Part shown: in pieces, positions 29,539-40,123 of the stretch | Layout: the number at the start of each line of letters is the position of its first letter | Position numbering within the stretch: position 1 is the first letter of the stretch | NCBI GenBank assembly: GCA_043797815.1 | Contig: JAZDPG010000063.1 | Coordinates: forward strand, 226,406-290,405 | Source of the DNA: Bacteroidota bacterium | Lineage (GTDB): Bacteria; Bacteroidota; Bacteroidia; Bacteroidales; GCA-2748055 | Reading direction: 5' to 3' | DNA length: 64,000 nt | Position numbers and translations under genes: made by a program | The notes under the pieces: model-generated | The model's input: only the letters and a program-made list of their open reading frames with translations | What the model was told of the DNA's origin: nothing | The model's database searches: none

Positions 29539-30768
29539 ATGAGACTCATCTATAACATAGGGATCAGGTTATACCAGCTGGTGGCGATCATCATCTCTCC
29601 CTGGAACCCCAAGGCGAAGAAATGGGTGAAGGGAAGAAATGGCTGGTACAAGAAGCTTCAGAATGCATTTGAGCCGGGTGACCGGGTGGTTTGGTTCCAT
29701 TGTGCCTCGCTGGGTGAGTTTGAGCAGGGACGGCCGGTGATAGAAGCCATGAAGGAACGCTGCCCGGAATATAAAATTTTGCTTTCCTTTTTCTCCCCCT
29801 CAGGCTACGAAAAACGTAAAGACTATGAGGAAGCGGACCATGTGATGTACCTGCCCCTGGATACTGCAAGGAATGCAAAACGGCTGGTGACTTCCGTTTC
29901 CCCGGAGATGGTATTGTTTGTCAAGTATGAATTCTGGTTCCATTTCCTCTCCAGGATAAAAAAAGAGGGGATACCGGTCTACCTGATATCTGGAATTTTT
30001 CGTCCCGGCCAGATCTTTTTTAAGTGGTACGGCCGGTGGTACAGGCGCTTCCTTGATGCTTTTACACATATTTTTGTGCAACAGGAAGCTTCCCGCAGAT
30101 TGCTGGAAGAAAGCGGATTTGACAGGGTTTCGGTGAGTGGCGATACCCGTTTCGACCGGGTGAAACAATTGGTGCAATCGGAATACAGTAATCCGGCACT
30201 TGAGGCCTTCACTTCGGAAGCCCAGGTGCTTGTGGCAGGAAGTACCTGGGAGCCCGACGAACAGATCCTGGAGGAGGCATACAAAGAGCTTCCTTCAAGT
30301 CTGCTTTGGATCATAGCTCCTCATGAGTTGTCCAACAGCCATCTTGAGAAACTGCAAAAACGTTTTCCGGAAAGCGTGTTATTCACGGAGACAGGTAAAA
30401 AAATCCCACCGGATACCCGGGTGGTGATTGTGAATACCATTGGCCACCTTTCCCACCTCTACCGCTATGGCACCCTGGCCTACATCGGTGGCGGATTTGG
30501 CAAAGGAATCCACAACATCCTGGAGGCTGCCACCTATGGCCTGCCTGTCTTTTTCGGCCCCAATTACAGAAAATTTTCAGAAGCAATTGAGCTTTCCGAA
30601 CGTGGTGCAGCCTTTCCTGTTTCCGGGACCAGGGAATTGTTATCCACCATTCATCAACAACTGGGAAATTCACAGCTGTTGAAAACCACCTCCGGTATTG
30701 CTTCTAACTATGTAATACAAAGGGTTGGAGCAACATCCCGAATTCTTGAAAAGCTGTGCAAAAAATAA
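29539..30768 (+). CDS. waaA: 3-deoxy-D-manno-octulosonic acid (Kdo) transferase
   Basis: The ATG at 29539 (MRLIYNIGIRLYQL…) is preferred. The conserved WFHCASLGEFEQGRPVIE block and the C-terminal GGSF/GG-type glycosyltransferase region are present. Confidence 0.85.
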   Translation: MRLIYNIGIRLYQLVAIIISPWNPKAKKWVKGRNGWYKKLQNAFEPGDRVVWFHCASLGEFEQGRPVIEAMKERCPEYKILLSFFSPSGYEKRKDYEEADHVMYLPLDTARNAKRLVTSVSPEMVLFVKYEFWFHFLSRIKKEGIPVYLISGIFRPGQIFFKWYGRWYRRFLDAFTHIFVQQEASRRLLEESGFDRVSVSGDTRFDRVKQLVQSEYSNPALEAFTSEAQVLVAGSTWEPDEQILEEAYKELPSSLLWIIAPHELSNSHLEKLQKRFPESVLFTETGKKIPPDTRVVIVNTIGHLSHLYRYGTLAYIGGGFGKGIHNILEAATYGLPVFFGPNYRKFSEAIELSERGAAFPVSGTRELLSTIHQQLGNSQLLKTTSGIASNYVIQRVGATSRILEKLCKK

Positions 30769-30940
30769 GGATTCAAAATGTCAAAGAACAGATTTCTGAG
30801 CCGGGATTTCTTTCTACTTTTGGTCATATGACGCCCTGTTGCTGCAATCTAAACCATTTCTTTAGAATTTATTAACATGAACTGAACTGTGCGGGTATAT
30901 ATTCGCACCCAAGATTACTCTTAAATAAAAACAAAAGTCT

Positions 30941-33900
30941 ATGAAAAACATGCAAAAGTTATTACTTACATTTTTTGTTTTTTGCCTTATAACAATTCCT
31001 GCTTATTCGCAAATTACCACTTCAGGTATGAATGGTACAGTTGTAACGGAATCTGGCGAAAAACTTCCCGGGGCTACGGTAGTAGCTGTTCATGAACCTT
31101 CCGGAACACAATACGGGACTGTTACCAATTCCGAAGGCCGTTTCAACTTGCAAGGTATGCGGCCCGGTGGGCCATATGCTGTGAAGGTATCATTTGTGGG
31201 CTATTCAACCGCTTCTTATACCGATATTACCTTGTTTTTAGGTGAATCATTTAATTTAGGTGCACAAATTAAGGAAAGTACTGTTGAAGTTGCTGAAGTT
31301 ACGATTGTAGGTTCCAAACCTTCGAAATTCAGCACCACCAAGACCGGGGCAACAACCAATATTTCGAACGAACAGTTGAATTCCATGCCTTCTATCAACA
31401 GGAGTATTGCCGACATTGCCCGGATTTCACCCTATGCAAATGGCATGAGCTTCTCAGGCGGAGATGGCCGTTCTACCAACTTCACGGTGGACGGAGCCAA
31501 TTTTAACAACAACTTTGGTTTGAGTTCCAGCCTGCCGGGCGGTGGAAACCCTATTTCCTTAGATGCTATTGAAGAAATACAGGTGGTAATTGCACCATTC
31601 GATGTTCGCCAGACCAATTTTATTGGAGGAGGTATCAATGCAATCACAAAATCAGGGACCAATACCTTCAAGGGTTCGGCCTACACCTATCTTACAAACC
31701 AGAATATGCGGGGCAATAAGATCGGAGATGTTGATTTCGGAGACCGCGATAAAGAATCACGGCAAACCTACGGTGTTACGCTGGGCGGTCCTATCATTAA
31801 GAACAAATTGTTCTTTTTCGTGAACGGAGAATATGAATTGAAGCCGGGACAGGTCGTAACCTGGAGGCCATCGACAGACGGGGTTGCCAATACCGACCGT
31901 ATGCTATCGCGCACCAGCACTTCGGATATGCAACTGGTTAAACAACATTTAATCAATAATTATGGTTATGATCCGGGCTCTTACAGTGATTACCCCGCCA
32001 ATGAAAGCAACAGGAAACTTCTGGCCCGTATCGACTGGAATATCAATGATGCCAACAAATTGAGTGTCCGGTACAATTATACCAAGAACCAGGGATGGAA
32101 TCCCACAAACGGCAATTCAACCGATGCGGGTTTCCGTAACAGGTCAATGGATCGGATCTCTCAGTACTCCATGGCTTTCTCTAATTCCATTTATTCAATG
32201 GATAACATTGTTAATTCGGTTTCCGTGGATTTAAACAGCCGGATTTCGGATAAGGTTTCAAATCAGTTCCTGACCACCTATTCAAAAATTAATGATGTCC
32301 GTGGATCCACTTCTGACAAGTTCCCGTTTATTGACATCATGTATGGAGTGAATACGGATGGAAGTCAGATACTTGAACCGTATATATCTGCAGGTTATGA
32401 ATTGTTCACATGGAACAACGGTGTAAATAACAATATTTTCAATATCATAGACAACATCACCTACTCCTTAAGCAATCATAAAATTACAGCCGGGTTAAGT
32501 TTTGAACATCAAATGGCAAACAACTCCTACATGCGTAACGGTACGGGATATTATCGTTATGCCAGTCTTGACGATTTCTTAAACCAGGCTGCACCAAGAG
32601 ATTTTGCATTGACCTATGGGTACGACGGAGAACTGAATCCGGCTGCGGAAGTTGCCTTTAATCAGTTTGGCATCTATGCTCAGGATGAATGGAACGTTAG
32701 TTCTGATTTCAAATTAACGTTTGGCATACGTGCCGATTATTTAAAATATGTAGATAACGTTATCAGAAACAACGCCATTTATGAACTGGATTTCGGTGGC
32801 AGGAAAATTGATACCGGCGAATGGCCGACGGCTAATGTTCAGTTTTCGCCAAGAGTCGGGTTCACATGGGATGTAATGGGTGATCAGACCTTGAAACTTC
32901 GGGGAGGTACAGGTATTTTTGCAGGAAGGCTGCCGCTGGTCTTCTTCACCAATATGCCAACCAATTCAGGAATGGTACAGGGCAGTTATGCCGCTGTTAC
33001 CAGGTATGATGCCGATGGTAATGTAACAAGCGAAGATCCTGTTTTGGCATCTTTGGCCGGACCAATGATTACCGATGTGGATGAAATGATCAGTACACTG
33101 GGCCTGCCCAATACAATTTCTCCCGAAGACGGCTTATTGCCACGCGATATTAATGGCATTGACCCCGATTTTAAAATGCCTCAGGTGTGGAAAACTTCCC
33201 TGGCTGCAGATTATGATCTTCCGGTTTCATTTCCGATGACAGTTACACTGGAAGGAATTTACACGAATAATATGCATGGCGTCATGCTGCAAAACTACAA
33301 CCTGGAACAACCCGATAATACCTGGCAGCGTTTCAGCGGAGATGATGACAGATATATGTATCCCGTTGCAGCCGACATTACCTATACGTCGAGAAATGCA
33401 TACATACTGGCCAATACCAGCGAAGGATGGGGAGCCATTGGAAATATCACCATTACCGCAGAACCTGTTAAAAACCTGAATGTAATGGCGGCTTATATCC
33501 TCACCGAATCCAAAGAGGTTTCGGGTATGCCCGGCAGCAACGCAGCTTCTGCGTACAGCGGCCTTATTCAGGTGGATGGCCCGCACCTGCCCTGGGTTCA
33601 GCGTTCGCAATATGTTGTTCCAAACAAAGCCATTGCTTCTGTTTCTTACACGATACCCTATGCCAAGGATCATATGTCAACATCAGTAAATTTGTTCTAT
33701 TCCGGATATTCTGCCGGCGGATATAGCTTTACCTATGCAAATGACATGAATGGCGATGGTTATGCAGCAGATCTGATCTACATACCGAATGCCAAGGGCG
33801 ACCTGCAGTTTGTAAGTGCTGCTGATGAAAACGCATTCTTTGCATTTATGGAACAAGACAGTTATCTGAGCAAGCATCAGGGTGGATATGCCGAAGCAAA

Positions 33901-34225
33901 TGCTGCAAGAGCTCCCTGGGTGCATAGCTTTGATTTACGTGTGGCACAGAATTTCAGCATCAATACAGGTAGCACCAAGCATACTTTGCAATTAACCGTT
34001 GACTTTTTGAACTTCGGTAATTTGCTCAACAGCAAATGGGGTGTTAGCAAGATTATGTACAACGGCGGACAGATTCTGACCTATGAAGGCGTGGATGCTG
34101 GCAATGTTCCCAGCTTTTCAATGGCTACAGATGCCGATGGCAATTACCTGACAGAATCATATTTTACTAATTATGATTACTCTCAATGCTGGTATCTGCA
34201 GATCGGAGCACGTTACTTCTTCTAA
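30941..34225 (+). CDS. TonB-dependent receptor with N-terminal carboxypeptidase-regulatory-like domain (Oar-like)
   Basis: 1094 aa. Signal peptide, then a CarboxypepD_reg-like domain (GTVVTESGEKLPGATVVAVHEPSGTQYGTVTNSEGRFNL), a plug region, a long beta-barrel, and a C-terminal aromatic end (…GARYFF). Confidence 0.85.
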   Translation: MKNMQKLLLTFFVFCLITIPAYSQITTSGMNGTVVTESGEKLPGATVVAVHEPSGTQYGTVTNSEGRFNLQGMRPGGPYAVKVSFVGYSTASYTDITLFLGESFNLGAQIKESTVEVAEVTIVGSKPSKFSTTKTGATTNISNEQLNSMPSINRSIADIARISPYANGMSFSGGDGRSTNFTVDGANFNNNFGLSSSLPGGGNPISLDAIEEIQVVIAPFDVRQTNFIGGGINAITKSGTNTFKGSAYTYLTNQNMRGNKIGDVDFGDRDKESRQTYGVTLGGPIIKNKLFFFVNGEYELKPGQVVTWRPSTDGVANTDRMLSRTSTSDMQLVKQHLINNYGYDPGSYSDYPANESNRKLLARIDWNINDANKLSVRYNYTKNQGWNPTNGNSTDAGFRNRSMDRISQYSMAFSNSIYSMDNIVNSVSVDLNSRISDKVSNQFLTTYSKINDVRGSTSDKFPFIDIMYGVNTDGSQILEPYISAGYELFTWNNGVNNNIFNIIDNITYSLSNHKITAGLSFEHQMANNSYMRNGTGYYRYASLDDFLNQAAPRDFALTYGYDGELNPAAEVAFNQFGIYAQDEWNVSSDFKLTFGIRADYLKYVDNVIRNNAIYELDFGGRKIDTGEWPTANVQFSPRVGFTWDVMGDQTLKLRGGTGIFAGRLPLVFFTNMPTNSGMVQGSYAAVTRYDADGNVTSEDPVLASLAGPMITDVDEMISTLGLPNTISPEDGLLPRDINGIDPDFKMPQVWKTSLAADYDLPVSFPMTVTLEGIYTNNMHGVMLQNYNLEQPDNTWQRFSGDDDRYMYPVAADITYTSRNAYILANTSEGWGAIGNITITAEPVKNLNVMAAYILTESKEVSGMPGSNAASAYSGLIQVDGPHLPWVQRSQYVVPNKAIASVSYTIPYAKDHMSTSVNLFYSGYSAGGYSFTYANDMNGDGYAADLIYIPNAKGDLQFVSAADENAFFAFMEQDSYLSKHQGGYAEANAARAPWVHSFDLRVAQNFSINTGSTKHTLQLTVDFLNFGNLLNSKWGVSKIMYNGGQILTYEGVDAGNVPSFSMATDADGNYLTESYFTNYDYSQCWYLQIGARYFF

Positions 34226-34246
34226 AAACAGAATCCATTTCATTTG

Positions 34247-34283
34247 AAAAAAGGGTTGCCGCTTGCCGGCGCCCTTTTTTTTT
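34247..34283 (+). terminator. Rho-independent terminator after the TonB-dependent receptor gene
   Basis: AAAAAA-GGGTTGCCG-CTTGC-CGGCGCCC-TTTTTTTTT. The stem has 8 pairs including one G-U, with one bulged T and a 5-nt loop. It is followed by a run of 9 T and then a second T-run. Confidence 0.75.
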
Positions 34284-34783
34284 GGCGTTTTTTTTTGGAC
34301 CAATTTACCGTAAAAGTCCGAAGGCCCGGGAACATTGGCCTTCAGCGATTGCCTCCAGGTACCACTATTGTCCAACACTCATAAAATCAGGCATATAACA
34401 ATCCAAAATATCCTTTGGAAGCATGATTTATCTCATGTGTCTGCCATTCATTGAGTTAGCTTCAGGGTTGATTTCTTGTTAATAAAATGGAATGAATTTC
34501 ACCCCTCCTGCTATTGATTTCTTCTTATTTTCATTTCCCGGAATCTGTATCAAGAAGGACCCCTTTTTCATCACTTTTTAGGAAGAGCCATTCGAGTTTT
34601 GCTATGTGGAAATGGGGATGATTGGCCCTGGTCGGAAGGGCTTTTATTTTAAAAGGCAGACTGCCAGGATGTTACAAGCTTGTTAATATCCGTTCATAAC
34701 TACGATTGAAACAGGACCGTCCAATGACTATTTTGGTGTTACTTTTGGCACCCCGCGAAACCACTTGAATAAAAAAGAGAAGA

Positions 34784-37396
34784 ATGGCAGACAAGGCAGT
34801 ACCGCAAAAGAACCTGACGTTTGAGGCAAAAGAGTCTGTAATTGCAGGAAGCAAAGCCGGGGAAAAACAGAAGCCCGAACAGACATATGGTTTCGATGAA
34901 GCCTTTAGAGCCTCCAGGGATTACTTCAAAGGAGATGAACTGGCCGCAAGGGTGTGGGTGAACAAATATGCACTGAAAGATTCAGCCGGCAGGATTTACG
35001 AACGTACCCCGGACGACATGCACCGCCGACTGGCTTCGGAGATCAGCCGCATCGAAAAAAGATATCCCCATCCCATCTCTTTTGACGTTCTTTTTGGTTT
35101 GATGCAGGGGTTTAAATACATCGTGCCCCAGGGATCACCCATGACGGGTATTGGAAACAACTTCCAGATCGCCAGCCTCTCCAATTGTTTTGTGATCGGC
35201 CATGAAGGCCGCGCAGACTCCTATGGCGGGATCATGAAGATCGACCAGGAACAGGTACAGCTCATGAAACGCCGGGGGGGAGTGGGACATGACCTGTCGC
35301 ACATCAGGCCCTCCGGAAGCCCTGTGTTGAACAGCGCGCTTACATCCACGGGAGTGGTTCCCTTCATGGAACGCTATTCCAATTCGACCAGGGAGGTGGC
35401 CCAGGACGGGCGAAGGGGTGCGCTGATGCTCAGTATCGAGGTGAAACATCCCGATGCGGAACATTTCATTGATGCCAAGCTGGTGTCGGGAAAAGTAACC
35501 GGGGCCAATGTATCCGTAAAGATCAATGATGAGTTCATGAAGGCTGTGGTGGAAGGAAAAACCTATACCCAGCAATATCCCATCAATTCTGATACACCCA
35601 CCCATACCAAAGAGATCGATGCCCGCGATTTGTGGCAAAAAATTGTACACAATGCCTGGAAATCGGCAGAACCGGGAATCCTCTTCTGGGATACGGTGAT
35701 CCGCGAATCGGTGGCAGACAGTTATGCCAGCGACGGATTCAGAACAGTTTCCACCAATCCGTGCGGTGAAATTCCGCTCTGCCCCTACGACAGCTGCCGC
35801 CTTCTGGCCGTGAACCTTTACAGCTATGTGGAAGAACCATTCACTGCCCATGCAAAGTTTAACTGGGAAAAGTTCAGGAAACATGTGGGGATGGCCCAGC
35901 GAATCATGGATGATATTATCGACCTGGAGCTGGAGAAAGTGGATGCAATCCTTGAGAAAATATACTCCGATCCCGAAGATGAAGAGATCAAGCAGGTAGA
36001 GATCAATCTTTGGAGAAACATCAAGCGCAAAGCCCTGGAAGGCAGGAGAACCGGTGTGGGAATCACGGCAGAAGGTGATATGCTGGCCGGGTTGGGACTT
36101 CGTTATGGCAGCGAAGATGCTGTCGATTTTTCAGTGGAGGTCCACAAGACACTTGCCCTGGAGGCTTACCGCTCTTCGGTGAATCTGGCCAAAGAACGCG
36201 GTCCTTTCGAGGTATTCGATTTTAACAAGGAAAAGGACAATCCTTTCATCAACAGGATTGGGAAAGAGGACCCCGGACTCATTGAGGCCATGAAAACATA
36301 CGGCCGGAGGAACATCTCCCTCCTGACCATTGCACCCACAGGAACCACCAGCCTGATGACACAGACCACTTCGGGAATCGAACCGGTTTTCCTTCCGGTT
36401 TACAAGCGGCGCAGAAAAGTGAATCCAAATGACAAAGATTCCAACATTACCTTTGTGGATGAGGTAGGGGACAGCTGGGAGGAGTACAATGTATTCCATC
36501 ACAACTTTCTTACCTGGTTGGAGGTGAACGGACTGAAGACGGATGAGGTGGCGAACCTGAGCGACCAGGATGTGGAGGAGCTGGTAAAGCGTTCCCCCTA
36601 TTACAAGGCCACTTCCAATGATGTGGACTGGATGCAGAAGGTTAAGATGCAGGGTGCCATTCAGAAGTGGGTGGATCACTCCATCAGCGTTACCATCAAC
36701 CTGCCTTCGGATGCCAAGGAGGAGCTTGTGGGCGATCTTTACATTCATGCCTGGAAAAACGGATGCAAGGGGGTGACTGTTTACCGGGACGGCTCCCGTT
36801 CGGGTGTGCTGCTGGCTGCTGATAAGAAGGGTACAGAGGAGACACAGTTTCCCATCAAGCGGCCCAGGGAGCTTGATGCGGAGATCCTCAGGTTCAAAAA
36901 CAATGACGAAGACTGGATCGCATTTATCGGTCTGCTGGATGGAAAACCTTATGAGATCTTCACAGGCCGCAAGGAGGAAGACACCTTCCCCATTCCTTCC
37001 AAGGTAAAAAAAGGCAAGATCCTGAAAAACCGGAACGAGGACGGCACCAAGCGTTACGATTTTCAGTATGTGGACAAATACGGGTACAAGGTAACCATGG
37101 GAGGCTTGTCCCACCAGTTCAACAGTGAGTTCTGGAATTACGCCAAACTGATCTCCGGGGTACTCAGGCACGGAATGCCCGTGATGGATGCCATCAACCT
37201 GATCAGCTCCCTGAGGCTGGATAACGAGTCCATCAATACCTGGAGCGCCGGTGTGGTTCGCTCTCTGAAAAAATACATTCCCAACGGCACCAAGGCCAAA
37301 TCGGGACTTAAATGCGAAGAGTGCAGTTCAGATAATCTTATTTATCAGGAGGGCTGCCTGATCTGTACCAATTGCGGCAGCTCCAAGTGCGGATAA
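34784..37396 (+). CDS. nrdJ: Adenosylcobalamin-dependent (class II) ribonucleotide reductase
   Basis: 870 aa. The N-terminal region (…FKGDELAARVWVNKYALKD…), the catalytic core (…STNPCGEIPL…), and the C-terminal Cys-rich tail (CEECSSDNLIYQEGCLICTNCGSSKCG) are typical of monomeric/dimeric NrdJ. Confidence 0.85.
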   Translation: MADKAVPQKNLTFEAKESVIAGSKAGEKQKPEQTYGFDEAFRASRDYFKGDELAARVWVNKYALKDSAGRIYERTPDDMHRRLASEISRIEKRYPHPISFDVLFGLMQGFKYIVPQGSPMTGIGNNFQIASLSNCFVIGHEGRADSYGGIMKIDQEQVQLMKRRGGVGHDLSHIRPSGSPVLNSALTSTGVVPFMERYSNSTREVAQDGRRGALMLSIEVKHPDAEHFIDAKLVSGKVTGANVSVKINDEFMKAVVEGKTYTQQYPINSDTPTHTKEIDARDLWQKIVHNAWKSAEPGILFWDTVIRESVADSYASDGFRTVSTNPCGEIPLCPYDSCRLLAVNLYSYVEEPFTAHAKFNWEKFRKHVGMAQRIMDDIIDLELEKVDAILEKIYSDPEDEEIKQVEINLWRNIKRKALEGRRTGVGITAEGDMLAGLGLRYGSEDAVDFSVEVHKTLALEAYRSSVNLAKERGPFEVFDFNKEKDNPFINRIGKEDPGLIEAMKTYGRRNISLLTIAPTGTTSLMTQTTSGIEPVFLPVYKRRRKVNPNDKDSNITFVDEVGDSWEEYNVFHHNFLTWLEVNGLKTDEVANLSDQDVEELVKRSPYYKATSNDVDWMQKVKMQGAIQKWVDHSISVTINLPSDAKEELVGDLYIHAWKNGCKGVTVYRDGSRSGVLLAADKKGTEETQFPIKRPRELDAEILRFKNNDEDWIAFIGLLDGKPYEIFTGRKEEDTFPIPSKVKKGKILKNRNEDGTKRYDFQYVDKYGYKVTMGGLSHQFNSEFWNYAKLISGVLRHGMPVMDAINLISSLRLDNESINTWSAGVVRSLKKYIPNGTKAKSGLKCEECSSDNLIYQEGCLICTNCGSSKCG

Positions 37397-37420
37397 ACCG
37401 TGAAGTCTGCTTGTTAAAAA

Positions 37421-37442
37421 GGCTGCCCCTTCCGAGGCAGCC
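37421..37442 (-). terminator. Hairpin terminator between convergent nrdJ and a small membrane-protein gene
   Basis: GGCTGCC-CCTTCCGA-GGCAGCC (7-bp stem). On the minus strand it is followed by TTTTT (AAAAA at 37416-37420 on plus). Confidence 0.55.
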
Positions 37443-37479
37443 CCATTTGCATTGATCAGGAAGTAAAAAAAAGAGGTGT

Positions 37480-37821
37480 TTATGCTTTCTCTTCCGGTGC
37501 GTTCTTCTGAATCAGGAAGGCAATGGCAAGCCCGGCTCCGCCAAAAAAGAGGGCACATGCTGTATAAGTAGACTCTTCCGGCATCGAGCTATAGGTTTCC
37601 AGGATGCTTCCAATGAAAACGCCCAGTCCCACACCAACCAGCAGGAGGGCCCATTTGAGGATCCCGTAAATGCTCCATTTCCTTTGTACCAGAAAATCCT
37701 TTGCGTTCACGCCTTTTTCAATCATTGCCATCCGCTCCTTGTTCCTTGCAGAGACAACTACATAGACAATTCCGAAAATAGCGCCAAAAACCACGAGGGG
37801 TATTAAAATGTCTTGAGCCAT
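37480..37821 (-). CDS. Small three-TM membrane protein
   Basis: 113 aa with three hydrophobic helices. Divergent from an ECF sigma factor gene. The family is not recognised with confidence. Confidence 0.5.
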   Translation of the reverse strand: MAQDILIPLVVFGAIFGIVYVVVSARNKERMAMIEKGVNAKDFLVQRKWSIYGILKWALLLVGVGLGVFIGSILETYSSMPEESTYTACALFFGGAGLAIAFLIQKNAPEEKA

Positions 37822-37961
37822 GTCAGTAAAATTAAGTTTAACAATGTTTGTTGACTCTTTGACGCAGGCGATTCAATTCATGTTACACATCCGTCGCAAA
37901 CTTTTTCGTATAATTGCAGGGAGGTGTAACGTTTTTTCATAACCCGCGTCTTATACATTGC

Positions 37962-38534
37962 ATGGACGTTCAAGGTGAAAAATACCATATCGGCAGGGTA
38001 AAAGCCGGGGACAGGGAAGCATTTTCCTGGGTGGTGGATCAGTACAAGGATATGGTCTATACCGTATGCCTGAGGATGCTGACAGATGAAGAGGATGCAG
38101 GGGATGCGGCCCAGGAGGTGTTTGTGAAGGCATACAGGTCCATGGGGAACTTCCAGGAAAGGTCAAAATTCTCCACTTGGATCTACCGGATTGCCTACAA
38201 CCATTGCATCAGTGAGATCCGGAAAAAGGTAAAGGTCATTGACCTGGTGGATGAGCTGCCCGACACCGAAGAAAGCCCGGGGGAGATGAGCGGCCTGGAG
38301 ATCCTGGGCAGGGAGGAGAGGACCCGGTACCTGCAGATGGCTGTGGAGGCCCTGCCAGAAACCGACGCAGTGGTGGTAACGCTCTTTTATTATGACGAGC
38401 TGTCGCTGGAAGAAATTGCCGAAGTAACCGGGCTGACCAGCAGCAACATCCGAATCAAACTTCACCGCTCAAGAAAAAAAATGTACCAGGTGCTGAGCGG
38501 ACTGTTAAAATCAGAACTTAATTCAATTGCATAA
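37962..38534 (+). CDS. ECF-type RNA polymerase sigma-70 factor
   Basis: Region 2 (…AFSWVVDQYKDMVYTVCLRML…AQEVFVKAY) and region 4 (LSLEEIAEVTGLTSSNIRIKLHRSRKKM) are present. The ATG at 37962 is preferred because the track start at 37914 is a TTG. Confidence 0.85.
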   Translation: MDVQGEKYHIGRVKAGDREAFSWVVDQYKDMVYTVCLRMLTDEEDAGDAAQEVFVKAYRSMGNFQERSKFSTWIYRIAYNHCISEIRKKVKVIDLVDELPDTEESPGEMSGLEILGREERTRYLQMAVEALPETDAVVVTLFYYDELSLEEIAEVTGLTSSNIRIKLHRSRKKMYQVLSGLLKSELNSIA

Positions 38535-38535
38535 C

Positions 38536-38925
38536 ATGAAACGGGATCCGCAAATATCAAAGCTAATCAGGGAAAACGGTGTTGTGCCGGCCCCTGAGGG
38601 ATTCACAAGCAGGGTGATGGATCTTTTGGCTGCAGAGCCTGAAAGAAAAGTTTACAAACCTTTGATCGGCAGGGGGGGCAGGATCATGATCATACTCATT
38701 GTGATTGCCATCGTTGTGCTGTCCATGGTCTATTCCGAGCCCGGGGGCCGCTACGTGGAGTCATTGGGGATTTCGGGCCTGGACTGGCACATCCCCCAAT
38801 TCAACTGGAACTTCAGCTTTCTGTCCGAAATCAGGATTTCTACGGGAGTGCTTGCAGCCATTGTGGCTATTTTCATTCTGGTATTGTCCGATGCGGGGAT
38901 CAGCAGGCGGAAATTTATTCTTTAG
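38536..38925 (+). CDS. Putative membrane-anchored anti-sigma factor
   Basis: The ATG at 38536 is 1 nt after the sigma-factor stop. The product is a small protein with a cytoplasmic N-terminus and two TM helices. The call rests on position only. Confidence 0.4.
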   Translation: MKRDPQISKLIRENGVVPAPEGFTSRVMDLLAAEPERKVYKPLIGRGGRIMIILIVIAIVVLSMVYSEPGGRYVESLGISGLDWHIPQFNWNFSFLSEIRISTGVLAAIVAIFILVLSDAGISRRKFIL

Positions 38926-38933
38926 GGTTTCCC

Positions 38934-40121
38934 TCAGATCACCCCCAGCTCTTTCCCGATCTTTTTAAATCCTCTGATGGCCTTATCCAGGTGGTCCCTG
39001 CTGTGGGCGGCTGACAGCTGTACCCTGATCCGTGCCTGGTCCCTGGGAACCACAGGGAAATAGAATCCGATCACATAGATACCTTCCTTCAGCAGCCTGG
39101 AGGCGAACTCCTGTGAGAGTTTGGCATCATAAAGCATCACCGCACAGATGGCCGATTGGGTGGGCTTGATGTCGAACCCGGCGGCGGTCATGTGTTCCAT
39201 GAAGTAGGCGGTATTGTCATGCAGCTTCTCCTGCAGTTCGGAGGTTTCATCCATCATGTCGAACATGCGGATCCCCGCTCCCACCACCGCAGGGGGAAGC
39301 GAATTGGAGAAGAGATAGGGCCTTGAGCGCTGGCGAAGCATCTCGATGATCTCTTTTTTACCGGTGGTAAAACCGCCAATGGCCCCTCCAAAAGCTTTCC
39401 CGAGGGTACCCGTAATGATGTCCACCTTTCCCCTGATCCGGAACAGTTCCGTCACTCCGCGTCCGGTGTCACCCACCACACCGGCCGAGTGGCACTCGTC
39501 CACCATGACCAGGGCATTATATTTCTCAGCCAGCGCACAGATCCGATCCACAGGGGCTACGTTCCCGTCCATGGAAAAAACCCCGTCGGTGACGATAAGC
39601 CTGAAACGCTGGTCCTGTGCTGCAATGAGCTGCCGTTCCAGGTCCTGCATGTCGGCGTTCTGGTAACGGTAACGCTGGGCTTTGCAAAGCCTAACCCCGT
39701 CGATGATGGAGGCATGATTCAGCGAATCGGAGATGATGGCATCTTCGTCGCCCAGCAGGGGCTCAAATACCCCGCCGTTGGCATCAAAACAGGCGGCATA
39801 AAGGATGGTATCTTCGGTACCGAAAAACGCGGCAATCTTTTGTTCAAGAACCTTGTGAATATCCTGCGTACCGCAGATGAAGCGTACCGAGGACATACCG
39901 AATCCGTGTGTATCCAGTGCATCCTTGGCTGCCTGGACCAGGCCGGGATGATCGGACAGTCCCAGGTAGTTGTTGGCACAGAAGTTCAGGACTTTCTCTC
40001 CGCTTGCCAGAGAGATTTCGGCGGATTGGGAGGAGGAAATGATCCGTTCCCTTTTGAACAACCCGGCTTCTGAGATGGCGTTCAGTTCCTGTTTCAGATG
40101 CGTTTGGAATTTTCCGTACAT
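38934..40121 (-). CDS. kbl: Glycine C-acetyltransferase (2-amino-3-ketobutyrate CoA ligase)
   Basis: 395 aa. Alpha-oxoamine synthase family with a PLP lysine context (TGTLGKAFGG). Adjacent to a threonine dehydrogenase-type gene. Confidence 0.85.
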   Translation of the reverse strand: MYGKFQTHLKQELNAISEAGLFKRERIISSSQSAEISLASGEKVLNFCANNYLGLSDHPGLVQAAKDALDTHGFGMSSVRFICGTQDIHKVLEQKIAAFFGTEDTILYAACFDANGGVFEPLLGDEDAIISDSLNHASIIDGVRLCKAQRYRYQNADMQDLERQLIAAQDQRFRLIVTDGVFSMDGNVAPVDRICALAEKYNALVMVDECHSAGVVGDTGRGVTELFRIRGKVDIITGTLGKAFGGAIGGFTTGKKEIIEMLRQRSRPYLFSNSLPPAVVGAGIRMFDMMDETSELQEKLHDNTAYFMEHMTAAGFDIKPTQSAICAVMLYDAKLSQEFASRLLKEGIYVIGFYFPVVPRDQARIRVQLSAAHSRDHLDKAIRGFKKIGKELGVI

Positions 40122-40123
40122 GG

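Noticed and set aside
34284-34783. Cobalamin riboswitch or NrdR box upstream of nrdJ
   Set aside because: Only scattered partial matches to the B12-box and core consensus were found. No convincing P1-P6 architecture could be traced by eye, and repression of a B12-dependent enzyme by B12 is biologically unexpected. The region is kept only as an unexplained long leader.
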